A DNA stretch of 55,852 nt from Chloroflexota bacterium (GCA_025351245.1 JANXWH010000098.1:1-55852), one strand, 5' to 3'. Numbered from the stretch's first letter, positions 7,587-18,575 are shown. The notes: a model not told the origin generated them from the letters alone. Translations and numbers: made by a program.

Positions 7587-10500
7587 TCCGGGGCGGACGG
7601 GCGTCGAGCCGCGGCCACGCGGGTCACGATCGCCTGGGTCAGCACCCACGCCCGGGCCGCGTCGCGCGGGATCCGGATCCGGACCTGGCTCGCCGCGAAC
7701 GTGACGTCCCCCGGCCGGACCCCGGGAAGCGGCGCGCCGGCGATCAGGCGCATCGCCTCCCCCCGTGAGAGCCCCGACCCGAAGCGGACCACGAGCTGGC
7801 CCTCCTCGCGGGCCAGCGACGAGATCCCGGCCGCCTCCGCGGCCAGGCGCAGCTCGGCGACCTCCACGAGTCGGAGGACCGCGGGAGGCATCGGCCCGAA
7901 CCGGTCGGCCACCTCCTGCCGGAACGCCGCGAGGTCGCCTGGCGTTCGGGCGCGCGCCAGCCGCCGGTAGAGCTCGAGCTTCGCTCCTTCGTCGGGAATG
8001 TAGGCGTCCGGGAGGTGGGCATCCACGGGGAGGTCCACCGTTGCCCCTGCCGGGGCGAGCGTCGGGGCGCGGCCCTCCCAGGTCGCCTTGCGTTCTTCCA
8101 CCGCCTCCGCGAGCAGCCTCGTGTAGAGATCGAAGCCGACCGCGGCCATGTGCCCCGACTGCTCGCCGCCCAGGATGTTGCCGGCGCCGCGGATCTCCAG
8201 GTCGGAGAGCGCGATCTGGAAGCCCGCACCCAGCTCGGAGGCGTTGAAGATCGCCTGGAGACGCCTGCGCGCCTCGTCGGAGAGGCGGTCGCGGCGGCGG
8301 TAGAGCAGGTACGCGTAGGCCCGCCGCGAGCTCCGCCCCACCCGGCCGCGGAGCTGGTAGAGCTGGGCCAGGCCCAGCGTGTCGGCGCGATCGATGACGA
8401 TCGTGTTCGCGTTCGGGATGTCCAGCCCGGATTCGATGATCGTGGTGCAGACCAGGACGTCCGCCTCGCCGCCGGCAAACGTGCGCATGACGCCCTCGAG
8501 GAGCCGTTCGTCCATCTGCCCGTGGCCCACCACGACCCGCGCCCCGGGCAGGAGCCGGCGGAGCTGGTCCGCCTGCGCCTCGATCGTCTCGACCCGGTTG
8601 TGGACGTAGAAGGCCTGCCCTCCGCGATCCAGCTCGCGGAGGATCGCGTCCTTGACGAGCCCCGCGGACGCCTCGGCGACACGCGTCTGGATGGGCAGGC
8701 GGTCCTCTGGGGGCGTCTCGATGACGGAGAGGTCGCGGACACCGACGAGCGCGAGGTTGAGCGTGCGCGGGATCGGGGTCGCGGAGAGCGTCAGGACGTC
8801 GACCTCGCGGCGCAGCTGCTTGAGACGCTCCTTCGCGGCGACCCCGAAGCGCTGCTCCTCGTCCACGACCAGGAGGCCGAGGTCGCGGATCCGAACGTCC
8901 TTCGAGAGGAGCCGATGGGTCCCCACGACGAGGTCGACCGACCCGGCGGCCAGCCCGGCGAGCGTCGCCTGCTGCTCGCGCGGCGGGACGGACCGCGAGA
9001 GCATCCGGACCGTGGTCGGGAAGGCCGCGAAACGCTGGGTGAACGTCCGCAGGTGCTGGTCGGCGAGGACGGTCGTCGGGACGAGGACCGCCACCTGCCG
9101 GCCGTCCTGGATCGCCTTGAACGCGGCCCGCAGGGCAACCTCCGTCTTGCCGTAGCCCACGTCGCCGACGACCACCCGGTCCATCGGCCGGCCGGCTTCC
9201 ATGTCCCCCTTCACGTCGACGATGGCTCGCTGCTGGTCCGGGGTCTCCTCGTACGGGAACGAGGCCTCGAGCTCCTGCTGCCAGGGCGTGTCGGGTGCGA
9301 ACGCGTGGCCCTCCGCGGCGGCCCGCGCGGCGTAGAGTTCCAGGAGCTCCTCGGCCAGGTCCGAGACCGCCTTGCGAACGCGGGCCTTCGTCCGGGCCCA
9401 CTCGCCGCCACCCAGCTTCGAGAGGCCGGGCCGCTCCGCCCCCGCGTAGCGGCTGATGCGAGCGATCTGCTCAAGCGGCACGAAGATCCGGTCCGTGCCG
9501 GCGAAGCCGATCTCCAGGTAGTCCCGCTCCTCGCCTTCGCTGCCGCGCCGGAGCATCCGTTCGTAGCGGCCGATCCCGTGGTCGACGTGGACGACGAGGT
9601 CGCCCGCCGTGAGGCGCTCCAGGATGTCGCGCGGCACGACGCGTCGAAGGGCCTTCGGCCGGCGGACGCGCACCGCCCCGAAGAGCTCGCGGTCGGTGAT
9701 CAGCACGAGGCCGTCCGGCCCTCCGGCGAACCCGGCGTTCAGGCTGCGCCCAACGAGCGTCACGGCACCGGGCGGCGGCGCGGTCGCCGGGTGGAACGTG
9801 ACACCGGCCGGGATCCCCGCCTCGCCGAGCAGCTCCGACAGCCGGGGTGCCTGGTCCGAGGCGATCACGATCCGTGGCGCCGGCGAGCGCTGGGCCCCCG
9901 GCGCCCGGCGCGAGGCCACGATCCCCGGGAGGACGGCCGGTCGGTCGTCCTCGGCTTCCTCCTCCGCGATCGGGACGGTGGCGGGCCGGCCCGCGCGCCA
10001 GCGCTCGATGGCGCGCGGGAGGCTCGTGCTCCGGCCGGGCGGCAGCATCGGCTCGCGCCAGCCGAACGGGTCCTCGGTCGCGGCCCCGCCGCCGATCGCC
10101 TCCACGGGCCCGGACTCCCAGGTCAGCTCCAGCGTCCGGCCGCGGACGAGGCGCGCGTTCCAGTCGCGGGGCCCGACGTACGCGCCCGGCCACTCCCCGG
10201 GGAGCTCGCCCGCGGCGATCAGGTCGCGCCGCCGCTCCGCGGCCTGCTCCCAGAGGAACTCGGCCGCGGAGGCGACGTCGCCCGGCTCGTCGAGTACGAG
10301 GAGCGTCTCGGGCGGGAGATGGTCGATCCCGGAGACGGGGCAGAGGATCGCGGCCCAGACCTCGGCCGCGTCCCCGGCTTCCAGGGCGCGGGTCCCGGCG
10401 GCCGCCGCCGGCGCGTGGTCGTCGGCTCCCTCGAAATGCGCGAGGTCGGCGGCGAGGCGTTCCGGGAGCTGCGCGGCCAGCCGCCCGAGCCGCGCCCGGA

Positions 10501-11350
10501 TTCCCGCCGAGCCCTCGGCGGGGAGGAGGAACTCGCTGGCGGGCAGCAGCTCGATGGCCTCTGCCGGCCCGACCGTGCGCTGGTCGGTCGGGTCGAAGCG
10601 GCGGAGGCTGGCGATCTCGTCGCCGAAGAACTCGATCCGGACGGGAAGGTCGGCGCCCGCGGCGAAGATGTCCACCAGGCCGCCCCGACGCGCGAACTCG
10701 CCGCGCCCGGCAACCTCGATGACCGGCTCGTAGCCCAGCCGGAGCAGCTCCGCGAGGAGCGGACCCTGGACCTGCCGGTCTCCGGTCCGGATCGTGCGCG
10801 GCGCGGCCGGCAGGTCGTCCCGACCGAGGGTCGGCTGGAGGAGCGCCTGGACCGAGGCCACGAGCACCCGGGCACGCCCGGCACGCCACGCGGCCAGCGC
10901 CGCGACGCGTGCCGCGGACTCGTCGCGGACCAGCTCGCTCCGCTCATAGGCCAGGGCCGACCGCGGCTCCAGGACGGCGACGGCGGCGGGATCGCCGAGC
11001 CATGCCACCAGCTCGTCCGCGACGCGGTCGCCGATCTCCGCGTCCCGGGCGATCCAGCAGACCCGCTCCCCGCCGGCAAGGGCCAACGCGGCCGCAAGGA
11101 ATGTCTTGGCGCCGTGGGGAACCGCGGTCACGGCCGCGTGCCGGCCCCGGGGACCGGGCGCGGAGCCGCCGGGTCCCAGCGTGCCGCTCAGCGCCCGGAA
11201 GGACGGCGTGCCGTGGAGGAGCGGCGGCAGGACCGCGAGGTCCGGGATCCGCCGCCGGGCACCGCGGCCGTCATCGGGTGCCAGGCCGGTTCCGGCCGCG
11301 CCGACCCGGTTCGCACCCGGAGCGGTACCGCCGGGCCGGCGCACGCTCAC
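7535..11350 (-). CDS. mfd: Transcription-repair coupling factor
   Basis: Superfamily-2 helicase motifs are present (GDVGYGKTEVALRA, DEEQRFGV, TATPIPRT) together with CarD-like and TRCF C-terminal regions. The GTG at 11350 overlaps the pth stop (GTGA). The ORF-track N-terminal extension to 11533 overlaps pth. Confidence 0.9.
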   Translation of the reverse strand: MSVRRPGGTAPGANRVGAAGTGLAPDDGRGARRRIPDLAVLPPLLHGTPSFRALSGTLGPGGSAPGPRGRHAAVTAVPHGAKTFLAAALALAGGERVCWIARDAEIGDRVADELVAWLGDPAAVAVLEPRSALAYERSELVRDESAARVAALAAWRAGRARVLVASVQALLQPTLGRDDLPAAPRTIRTGDRQVQGPLLAELLRLGYEPVIEVAGRGEFARRGGLVDIFAAGADLPVRIEFFGDEIASLRRFDPTDQRTVGPAEAIELLPASEFLLPAEGSAGIRARLGRLAAQLPERLAADLAHFEGADDHAPAAAAGTRALEAGDAAEVWAAILCPVSGIDHLPPETLLVLDEPGDVASAAEFLWEQAAERRRDLIAAGELPGEWPGAYVGPRDWNARLVRGRTLELTWESGPVEAIGGGAATEDPFGWREPMLPPGRSTSLPRAIERWRAGRPATVPIAEEEAEDDRPAVLPGIVASRRAPGAQRSPAPRIVIASDQAPRLSELLGEAGIPAGVTFHPATAPPPGAVTLVGRSLNAGFAGGPDGLVLITDRELFGAVRVRRPKALRRVVPRDILERLTAGDLVVHVDHGIGRYERMLRRGSEGEERDYLEIGFAGTDRIFVPLEQIARISRYAGAERPGLSKLGGGEWARTKARVRKAVSDLAEELLELYAARAAAEGHAFAPDTPWQQELEASFPYEETPDQQRAIVDVKGDMEAGRPMDRVVVGDVGYGKTEVALRAAFKAIQDGRQVAVLVPTTVLADQHLRTFTQRFAAFPTTVRMLSRSVPPREQQATLAGLAAGSVDLVVGTHRLLSKDVRIRDLGLLVVDEEQRFGVAAKERLKQLRREVDVLTLSATPIPRTLNLALVGVRDLSVIETPPEDRLPIQTRVAEASAGLVKDAILRELDRGGQAFYVHNRVETIEAQADQLRRLLPGARVVVGHGQMDERLLEGVMRTFAGGEADVLVCTTIIESGLDIPNANTIVIDRADTLGLAQLYQLRGRVGRSSRRAYAYLLYRRRDRLSDEARRRLQAIFNASELGAGFQIALSDLEIRGAGNILGGEQSGHMAAVGFDLYTRLLAEAVEERKATWEGRAPTLAPAGATVDLPVDAHLPDAYIPDEGAKLELYRRLARARTPGDLAAFRQEVADRFGPMPPAVLRLVEVAELRLAAEAAGISSLAREEGQLVVRFGSGLSRGEAMRLIAGAPLPGVRPGDVTFAASQVRIRIPRDAARAWVLTQAIVTRVAAARRPSAPDQPSSAVSAASAPARNR

Positions 11351-12042
11351 GGGGCGGGCTCGTCCGGGCCGCCCGGCCGGGTCCGCCGCCAACCCGTCCG
11401 GGTCCGACGGACGCCGTCGGCGCCGGGCGGCCCATCGACCTCGCCGGGCGGCGCGGTCCGCGTCTCGTCGGCGGGCCGCAGCTGGAAGGCGTTGTAGCGG
11501 TTCGAGGCCTTGCTCACGCCGTCGCGCGCCCACGCCTCCACCGCGTCCGCCGCCGCGTCCAGCAGCTCGTCGAGGCGCTGCCGCTCCGCGGGCTGGAAGA
11601 CCGAGAGGACGTGATCCACCGCGTCCCGGCCGGGCTCGCCGATCCCGATCCGGAGTCGCGGAAATGCCTCCGTGCTCAGCTCGTCGATGATCGAGCGGAG
11701 GCCGTTGTGGCCGCCGTGGCTGCCGCCCTCGCGGAAGCGCATCTTCCCGAAGGGCAGGCTGAAGTCGTCGGTCACCACGAGCAGCTCGTGGAGCGGGGCG
11801 CGCTCCCGGGCGATCAGCTTGCGCACCGCCACGCCGGAATCGTTCATGAATGTGAGCGGCTTCGCGAGCACGAGGTCCAGGCTCCGGAAGCGGCCCTGCA
11901 CGACGGCGCTCGCGTCACGCGTCCGCCCGCGGCCGGCCCAACCCGCCCGGTCCGCGAGCCGGTCCACCACCATCCAGCCGATGTTGTGGCGCGTCTTCGC
12001 GTACTGCTCGCCCGGATTCCCGAGCCCGACCACGACCTTCAC
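11347..12042 (-). CDS. pth: Peptidyl-tRNA hydrolase with a roughly 40-aa C-terminal extension
   Basis: The protein begins VKVVVGLGNPGEQYAKTRHNIGW and contains GGHNGLRS. The GTG at 12042 is preceded by GGAGGA. Confidence 0.9.
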   Translation of the reverse strand: MKVVVGLGNPGEQYAKTRHNIGWMVVDRLADRAGWAGRGRTRDASAVVQGRFRSLDLVLAKPLTFMNDSGVAVRKLIARERAPLHELLVVTDDFSLPFGKMRFREGGSHGGHNGLRSIIDELSTEAFPRLRIGIGEPGRDAVDHVLSVFQPAERQRLDELLDAAADAVEAWARDGVSKASNRYNAFQLRPADETRTAPPGEVDGPPGADGVRRTRTGWRRTRPGGPDEPAP

Positions 12043-12169
12043 GCTTCCTCCGCGCGGCGGCGGGCGGTCCCGCGGCACGCTGAACGGCCCGAATCCGACG
12101 TGGATCGGGCCCCTCGCGGGATGGTACCGCGCCCCGGAGGGAGTGGCTCACCCGGCGTCTCAGACTTGC

Positions 12170-12748
12170 TCACCCGGCGGCGAGGATCGTCCGCTCCAGC
12201 GCCCGCATGGCGACCTCCTCCGCGGGCTCCGCGTGGTCCCAGCCGCAGAGGTGGAGCCCGCCGTGGACCACGAGCAAGCGGAGCTCGTCGGCCGGAGTCC
12301 AACGGACGTCGCCTGTCTGGCCGCCGCGGCCCTCGGCCGCCTGAAGGACGGCGCGCTCGACCGAGACGACGATGTCGCCGAGATGGAGCCGCGTCCCGGG
12401 CGGCAGGAGGAATGCCCGCTCGGCGGCGGCCGGCCGCGCGGCCGGGACCGGCGCACCCGCATGCGGCGGGTACGCCTCCGACGGCAGGAGCGGAAACGAG
12501 AGGACGTCGGTCGCGCCCGACTTCCCGAGAAACGTCCGGTTGAGACGGGCCAGCTCCGGGTCGTCGGCAAGGACGAGGCCGACCGAGGCGGGCTCCGGCG
12601 CCCCTCCCGCCACGAGCGCCGACCGGAGGACGCGCGCGAGAGCGGCGGCGGGCAGCGCGAGCGGCACGCCGGCCCGGATCTCCAGGTCCACGCGGAACGG
12701 CGGCAGGTAGAACCGGCGCGGACCCGGGGTCGGCCGGGACGCGGTCAC
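12170..12748 (-). CDS. ybeY: rRNA maturation endoribonuclease YbeY
   Basis: It carries the zinc motif HGGLHLCGWDH. The GTG at 12748 overlaps the upstream stop (GTGA). Confidence 0.85.
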   Translation of the reverse strand: MTASRPTPGPRRFYLPPFRVDLEIRAGVPLALPAAALARVLRSALVAGGAPEPASVGLVLADDPELARLNRTFLGKSGATDVLSFPLLPSEAYPPHAGAPVPAARPAAAERAFLLPPGTRLHLGDIVVSVERAVLQAAEGRGGQTGDVRWTPADELRLLVVHGGLHLCGWDHAEPAEEVAMRALERTILAAG

Positions 12749-14901
12749 GTGCCGCGGCCGCCGGAGCCCGCCTCGCGGCGAGCCTCCAGCTCGACGATCT
12801 TGTTCTGGGGATAGGCGATTCGCTGGTGGTACATCCCCAGCAGCTGGGCCACGAATGCCTCGCGGACCTGCTCGATGTCGCGGAGCGTCAGCTCGCATTC
12901 GTCGAACTGGCCGTCCTCGAGGCGCTCGGCGATGATCCGGCTGACCATCGCCCGAAGCGTGGGTTCGTCATGGCTGGCGAGCGAGCGGACCGAGGCCTCG
13001 ACCCCGTCGGCGAGCATGAGGATCGCCGCTTCCTTCGACTGGGGCTTCGGGCCGTTGTGGCGGAAGCGGCGCTCATCCAGCGCGTCGGCGGCCGCGAGCC
13101 CGGCGGCCGTCCCGAGACCGCCGTACGGCGCCGCCGCCTCGTCGCGCGCCTTCGCCCAGAAGTAGCTCATGCGGGCCGTCCCGTGGTGCTGCGGGATGAA
13201 CGCGATCAGCGGCTTCGGGAGCTTCGCCCTGTAGGCGAGGTCGATCCCGCCGGCGACGTGCGCCTTCAGGAGCTGGGCGCTGGCTTCCGGCGTCAGGTGA
13301 TCGTGGATGTTCTCCCCGCCGGCCTGGTTCTCGATGAAGCCGGCCGGGTTCTCCAGCTTGCCGACGTCATGGTAGTAGGCGGCCACGCGCGCGAGCAGCG
13401 AATCTGCCGCGATCGCTTCGGCCGCGCGCTCCGCCAGGTTGCCGACCATCAGCGCGTGGTGGTACGTGCCGGGCGTCTCGAGGAGGAGCCGCCGGAGCAG
13501 CGCCTGCGACGGGTTTGCGAGCTCCAGCAGCTGGAAGACTGTCAGGATCCCGAACAGGTTGCCGACCACCTGGAACGTCCCCACCGTGGCGACCGCAGCG
13601 CCGGCCGCGGCGGCCGCGGACGCCCCGAAGAGTTGGAGGACACCCGTGATGTCGCGCGTCCCGAGGAGCGAGAAGATGGAGACGACGGCAACGTTGGCGA
13701 CCGCGATCGCGACGCCCGCCTGGATGAAGACGGCGACTCGATCGCCGCGGCGGACGGCCAGGATGCCGGTCAGCGAGCCGACGAAGACGTAGGTGGCCAG
13801 CTCCAGCGAGAGGTCGTTCGAGGCGCCGGCGATGACCGCGAGGAAGAACGAGAGGACCGTCGCCGGCCCGGCTCCGAGCAGGATCGCGACGAGCATCCCC
13901 GCCCCGGCGCCCGGGACGAAGAACGGCAGGATGGAGCGCCCGGCGGTCAGCTTGTAGGCGAAGGCGGTCACGAGCAGGACGAGGCCGAGCAGGGCGAGCG
14001 TCCGCGCCCGGTGCCAGAGCTCCTGCTGGTAGCGCCACAGCCACGCGAGGTAGAGGATCACGACGAGCGCGGCGAGCAGGAACCAGCCAGCGATCCGCGC
14101 GATGTCCAGGCGCGCTTCGGTGAGGCCCAGCGCCTTGAGCTTCTCGATGTCGGCGGCCGTGACCTTGCGCCCGGCGTCGATGAGGACCTCGCCCTTGGCG
14201 ACCGCGACCTCGACCGGCGCCACCGCGTCGGCGGCCGCCTGGCGCCTCTGCGCGGTGAGCTCGGCGCTGTACGTGGAGTTCGGAACCAGGAGCGGGTCCA
14301 CGATCTCCGTCGCGAGACCGCGCTCGTCATCGGTGAGCTGGAGCGAGAAGAGGCCACCCAGGTTGCGTCGCGCGGCCTCCATCTCCGAGTCGCGCAACTC
14401 GGAGCGCTGGAGCGTCCCGAGCACGCGCGTTGCCTCGGCCGCGACCAGTGACCACCGTTCCGCCGCCATGGCGTCGAGCGTCTTGCGAGCGGCGGGGGAG
14501 ATTCCCGCCAGGGTCCCTTTGAGGGCCGTGCTCCGCTGCGCCGGTGCCAGCTGCCCGGCGAACGCCGCGTCGACTGGCGCCAGGGCTGTGGCGAGCGTCT
14601 CGAGCTGGCGCCGCGCAAGCGACGATGCCGTGTCGGCCCCGAAGTCGTACTGGGGCTCCACCGTGTCAGCAGCTGCCTGGCGGGCGGCGGCGGTCTGGAC
14701 GGTCGATTCGAACCGGATCGCCCGCGGCGCACGGATCTGCTGGGGCGCAACGCTCCCCTCCTGGAGGTTGTAGGCCTGCGGGAGGTCGCCGATCGAGAGG
14801 ATCGCGGTCAGGCCGCCGACGAGCAGGATCGTGACGACCGCGAGCCGTACCGCATCACGCCGCGTGAAGCGGGTGACGAGGTCGAAGCGCCGGGAAAGCA
14901 T
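12745..14901 (-). CDS. 7TM receptor with intracellular HD hydrolase domain (YqfF/PgpH-like)
   Basis: It has an N-terminal TM segment, an extracellular region, seven TM helices and an HD domain (HHALMVGNLAE...YYHDVGK). The ATG at 14901 was chosen because it lies just after the yqeY stop. Confidence 0.85.
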   Translation of the reverse strand: MLSRRFDLVTRFTRRDAVRLAVVTILLVGGLTAILSIGDLPQAYNLQEGSVAPQQIRAPRAIRFESTVQTAAARQAAADTVEPQYDFGADTASSLARRQLETLATALAPVDAAFAGQLAPAQRSTALKGTLAGISPAARKTLDAMAAERWSLVAAEATRVLGTLQRSELRDSEMEAARRNLGGLFSLQLTDDERGLATEIVDPLLVPNSTYSAELTAQRRQAAADAVAPVEVAVAKGEVLIDAGRKVTAADIEKLKALGLTEARLDIARIAGWFLLAALVVILYLAWLWRYQQELWHRARTLALLGLVLLVTAFAYKLTAGRSILPFFVPGAGAGMLVAILLGAGPATVLSFFLAVIAGASNDLSLELATYVFVGSLTGILAVRRGDRVAVFIQAGVAIAVANVAVVSIFSLLGTRDITGVLQLFGASAAAAAGAAVATVGTFQVVGNLFGILTVFQLLELANPSQALLRRLLLETPGTYHHALMVGNLAERAAEAIAADSLLARVAAYYHDVGKLENPAGFIENQAGGENIHDHLTPEASAQLLKAHVAGGIDLAYRAKLPKPLIAFIPQHHGTARMSYFWAKARDEAAAPYGGLGTAAGLAAADALDERRFRHNGPKPQSKEAAILMLADGVEASVRSLASHDEPTLRAMVSRIIAERLEDGQFDECELTLRDIEQVREAFVAQLLGMYHQRIAYPQNKIVELEARREAGSGGRGT

Positions 14902-14905
14902 GGGA

Positions 14906-15427
14906 TCAGCCCGCGGGCGGGCCGCCGGCCGATCCGGCGCCACCGCCTCCGTGCGGGGCCGCGTCGTGCGCCGTGAGGTCCGCGGCCGCGAGCGCCTGCG
15001 CGACCAGCTCGCTGACGTGCTTCCCATCCGCGCGGCCGCGGGTCGGACCGGCCAGCCGGCCCATCACCCGGCCGAGGTCGCGGGCCGACACGGCGCCGGT
15101 CGCCGCGATCGCGTCGGCGATCAGCGCGTGCAGCTCATCCTCGGTGAGGGGCTGCGGGAGGTACGCAGCGATGACGCCGATCTCCGCCTCCTCGTTCGCG
15201 GCGAGGTCCTCGCGGCCGCCCTTCCGGTAGGCCTCCACGGATTCGCGTCGGGTCTTCACCTCGCGAACCAGGACGGCGAGCGTAGCGTCGTCGGAGAGCT
15301 GGGCGTGGTCGCGCTTCTCCAGGGCGTACACGCTGCTCCAGGCCATTCGGAGGGTGTCGCGGCGCAGCACGTCACCCGACCGCATGGCGGCGGTCATGTC
15401 GTCGTGAAGGCGATCTCGAAGGGACAC
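14906..15427 (-). CDS. yqeY: GatB/YqeY domain protein
   Basis: The sequence VSLRDRLHDDMTAAMRSGD...REVKTRRESVEAYRKGGREDLA matches the YqeY family pattern. The GTG at 15427 is the inferred start. Confidence 0.8.
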   Translation of the reverse strand: MSLRDRLHDDMTAAMRSGDVLRRDTLRMAWSSVYALEKRDHAQLSDDATLAVLVREVKTRRESVEAYRKGGREDLAANEEAEIGVIAAYLPQPLTEDELHALIADAIAATGAVSARDLGRVMGRLAGPTRGRADGKHVSELVAQALAAADLTAHDAAPHGGGGAGSAGGPPAG

Positions 15428-15621
15428 CGGCGGTGGCTCCTGTCGCGTCGGGCGCCGGGCGGCCATGCCCCGCGGGCGGGCCACGGCGCGGCGCCGATTG
15501 GCGTTGGGGGCCTCCGGGGCCCGGGATGCGGGCCGGGGAAGCGGGTGGAACCGGCGGTGCGTTCGGGGCGGGTGATCGGCCTGGTTCGGCCGGTGCGTGC
15601 CCTAGCCGCCGGTCCCGGCGG

Positions 15622-15804
15622 CTAACCCTGCTGGCGGGCGGCCTTCTTGCGCTTTGCTTCCTTCCGCTTCCGCTTCACGCTGGGCTTCTCGTAGTGCTCG
15701 CGACGGCGAGCTTCAGCGAGAATGCCGGATTGCTGGATCTTCTTGTTGAAGCGGCGAAGCGCGCTCTCGAAGGTCTCGTTCTCACCAACGCGGATTTCTG
15801 CCAA
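15622..15804 (-). CDS. rpsU: 30S ribosomal protein S21
   Basis: These are the last 60 codons of the 422-aa track ORF: [60 protein letters not shown]. The TTG at 15804 is preceded by GGAGGTGA. Confidence 0.9.
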   Translation of the reverse strand: MAEIRVGENETFESALRRFNKKIQQSGILAEARRREHYEKPSVKRKRKEAKRKKAARQQG

Positions 15805-16378
15805 TGCCGGGATCACCTCCTCCGCCCTGGGATCGTCCGGTTCGCGGCGCCGCCGGGCGAGTGTCGGCGCACGCGTGCTCGGCGGCACGCGCGAACGCGG
15901 CCTCCGGGCCCGGCGGAGTGTAGCCCCGGCGAGGCGGCGTTGGCAAACGCCGGCGGTTCGCGAAGCCGACTCGAAGGCCGAGGCGAAGGCCGAAGCCGAC
16001 ACCCGAAGCCGGCGGCACCTCCACGGCGCCTGCAGCACCCACCGTGCACGTGACGCACACTCCGGCGGCCGACACCCGCTCCGGCGGCTCCAGCGTGCTC
16101 GTTTCGTGCGTGCCATACACGAAATGAACAGCGACCCGGAGCGAGGGGCCGCCGCTGTGCGTGCCATGCACGATTCCTGCACGAGGGGGACGCCCGCCGG
16201 TCGGATGATGCGTCTGACGCACGCCCAGGCCGGGATCTTGCGCTGGGCGCACGGAATCGACCGATTCCGTCCCGCCGCGCGACTCCGATCGTCACCACCC
16301 TGCGAGTCGACCGCGACGACTCCGGGCGGCCGCCCCGCCGCCCGGGCTCCCGCCCCGCCGTCCGGGCGCCCGCCAAGT

Positions 16379-16756
16379 CTACCCGCCGGCTTCGCCGTCC
16401 ACCGATGCCCCGCCGCCCGCCGCGGCCGGACCCGCGACATCGGGCAGCAGGTAGAGCGCCATCCGGAGCGGGGTCCGGGCGCGGATGGAGTGCGGCGTCC
16501 GGGCCGGCATCCGGAACCAGGTCCCGGGATTGAGCGCGTGTGGTTCGCCGCCCACGATCGCATCGCCTTCGCCGTCGAGGATGTGGACGACCGCCGGCCG
16601 AGCGGCCGTGTGCTCGGAGAGCTCCTCGCCGGGGGCGAACGCGAAGAGGACGAGCCGCAGGTCCGGCCCGTCGTACAGCGTCTGGCTGTGGATCCCGCGG
16701 GGGACATGGGGAGCCTCGGCGGCGAGGTCCGGGAACACGAGCACGGGTTCGGACAT
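16379..16756 (-). CDS. Cupin-domain protein
   Basis: The cupin-like core reads [20 protein letters not shown]...[11 protein letters not shown]. The ATG at 16756 is preceded by GGAGG with an 8-nt spacer. Confidence 0.7.
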   Translation of the reverse strand: MSEPVLVFPDLAAEAPHVPRGIHSQTLYDGPDLRLVLFAFAPGEELSEHTAARPAVVHILDGEGDAIVGGEPHALNPGTWFRMPARTPHSIRARTPLRMALYLLPDVAGPAAAGGGASVDGEAGG

Positions 16757-16877
16757 GGTGGCGACCTCCGCCGACAACGGTACGCCGCTGCACCTGCCGA
16801 CGCGATCCGGGCCCGATCATCGCGCCGCAGGCCGGATCGCGGTTGCGCAGCCGGCCGCCGTCGTCCACGATGCGACG

Positions 16878-18539
16878 GTGACCAAGACACGGCGCACCCT
16901 CGTCGATCTCCTGGAGGGGGCGGCGGCCCGGTACGGCGATCGCACGGCGCTCGCGATCCGGCGCGACGACGGCACGATCCAGGCGTGGAGCTACCTCGAG
17001 CTCGATCGGCGGAGCCGGCTGGCGGCGTGGCGGCTGCGCTCCCGCGGGCTCCGGCCCGGCGACCGGCTGCTGACGTGGTCGACGTCGTGCCCGGAGCTGG
17101 CCGCCGTCTACTTCGGGGCGATGCGGGCCGGCCTCATCCTCGTGCCGCTGGACCTGCGGATGGCCCCGACCACGATCCGGAGGATCGCCGACCGATCCGG
17201 GGCGAGGCAGCTCGCAACCGGCACGGGGCGCGACGCCCCTGATCCGGCGGAGGCCGACCTCGACCACCTGCCGACCGCCACGATCGACGACCTGTGCGCC
17301 GAGCCGGGCGCCGGCTTTCCCGCCGACTGGGAGACCACGCTGGGCTCCTGGGTGCGCCCGGCCCCGGAGGATCCCTACCTGCTCGTCTTCACTTCGGGCA
17401 CGACCGGCACGCCCAAGGGGGTCGTGCTGGCCCACGAGAACACGATCGCGGGCGTCGACGGGTTCCACCAGATCGTCCCGGCCATGGAATACCGCGTCGT
17501 GTCCGTCCTCCCGCTGGCCCACCTCTTCGAGCAGGCGATCGGGCTGTACTTCATCCTCGATCTCGGCGCCCGGATCCTCTACGTCCGGACCCGCAACCCG
17601 CGGGTCGTGTTCGAGTCGATCCGTGACCATCGGACCACGGCGATGATCGTCGTCCCGCAGATCCTGGAACTCTTCTGGTCCGCCCTGGAGCGGGAGGTCG
17701 AGAAGCAGGGCCAGGCCGCGTCGTTCCAGCGCGCCCGGGCGGTCGCCCGCCGGCTGCCGATGGCCGCCCGGCGCTGGATGTTCCGGCGGATCCACCGGCA
17801 GCTCGGCGGCGGCCTCCGGCTCCTCGTGTCGGCGGGAGCCTTTCTCCCGCCGGCCCTGCAGCAGGGATGGGAGGACATCGGGGTCGTCGTCATGCAGGGG
17901 TACGGCGCAACCGAGACGGGTTCCGGGGCCTGCACGACCTGGCGGGATCATCCCCTGGGCACGGTTGGTCGCCCCGTCCCCGGGATGGAGATGCGCATCG
18001 CCGAGGACGGCGAGGTCCTGTTCCGGGGTCCCAGCGTGACCCGGGGATACTGGGAGGACGCGGTGGCAACCACGGCTGCGTTCACCGACGACGGCTTCTA
18101 CCGCTCGGGCGATCTGGGCCGGCTCGACGGACACGGCCGACTCGTCCTCCACGGTCGAAAGCGGGACATCATCGTGTTGCCCAGCGGCCTGAATGTCTTC
18201 CCCGAGGACATCGAGAACGCGCTCCGCGTCGCCGGCATCCGCGACTCGATCGCCCTCGAGACGGAGCCTGGACGGATCGAGGCGATCATCCTCGCTCCGG
18301 TCGCCGCGCAGGCGACCGGGGCGTTCGGCGACGATGGCGACATCACGCGCATCCGGGCCGAGGTCGACGCCGCCGTGAAGGCCGCGAACGCGACGCTCGC
18401 GGTCCAGGCGAGGATCGCCGCGTGGCGGTTCTGGCCGGACGTCGACTTCCCGCGCACGCTCACGCTCAAGGTGAAGCGCGACCAGGTCCGTGCCTGGGCG
18501 GCCGTGTCCGCGCCACTGCCGGTCACGGAGGGGTCGTAG
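16878..18539 (+). CDS. AMP-dependent acyl-CoA synthetase/ligase
   Basis: It has the AMP-binding signature [20 protein letters not shown], the motifs YGATE and GD, and a C-terminal LKVKR. The in-frame GTG at 16878 is the inferred start. Confidence 0.85.
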   Translation: MTKTRRTLVDLLEGAAARYGDRTALAIRRDDGTIQAWSYLELDRRSRLAAWRLRSRGLRPGDRLLTWSTSCPELAAVYFGAMRAGLILVPLDLRMAPTTIRRIADRSGARQLATGTGRDAPDPAEADLDHLPTATIDDLCAEPGAGFPADWETTLGSWVRPAPEDPYLLVFTSGTTGTPKGVVLAHENTIAGVDGFHQIVPAMEYRVVSVLPLAHLFEQAIGLYFILDLGARILYVRTRNPRVVFESIRDHRTTAMIVVPQILELFWSALEREVEKQGQAASFQRARAVARRLPMAARRWMFRRIHRQLGGGLRLLVSAGAFLPPALQQGWEDIGVVVMQGYGATETGSGACTTWRDHPLGTVGRPVPGMEMRIAEDGEVLFRGPSVTRGYWEDAVATTAAFTDDGFYRSGDLGRLDGHGRLVLHGRKRDIIVLPSGLNVFPEDIENALRVAGIRDSIALETEPGRIEAIILAPVAAQATGAFGDDGDITRIRAEVDAAVKAANATLAVQARIAAWRFWPDVDFPRTLTLKVKRDQVRAWAAVSAPLPVTEGS

Positions 18540-18575
18540 CCCGGGGTTGCGGAGGCGAGTGACCGACGGCGCACC

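Noticed and set aside
6750-9401. An 883-aa minus-strand ORF overlapping the response regulator and mfd.
   Set aside because: It is in a different frame from the mfd homology, is extremely Arg/Pro/Gly-rich, and overlaps two well-supported genes.
8015-11497. An 1160-aa plus-strand ORF covering most of the mfd region.
   Set aside because: It is the antisense of a clearly homologous mfd CDS. The translation is Arg/Gly/Pro/Asp-rich with no recognisable motifs. Long shadow ORFs are expected at this GC content.
15622-16890. A 422-aa minus-strand ORF.
   Set aside because: Only the last 60 codons match ribosomal protein S21, with their own SD and TTG start. The upstream part runs through the cupin gene region in another frame and is low-complexity.
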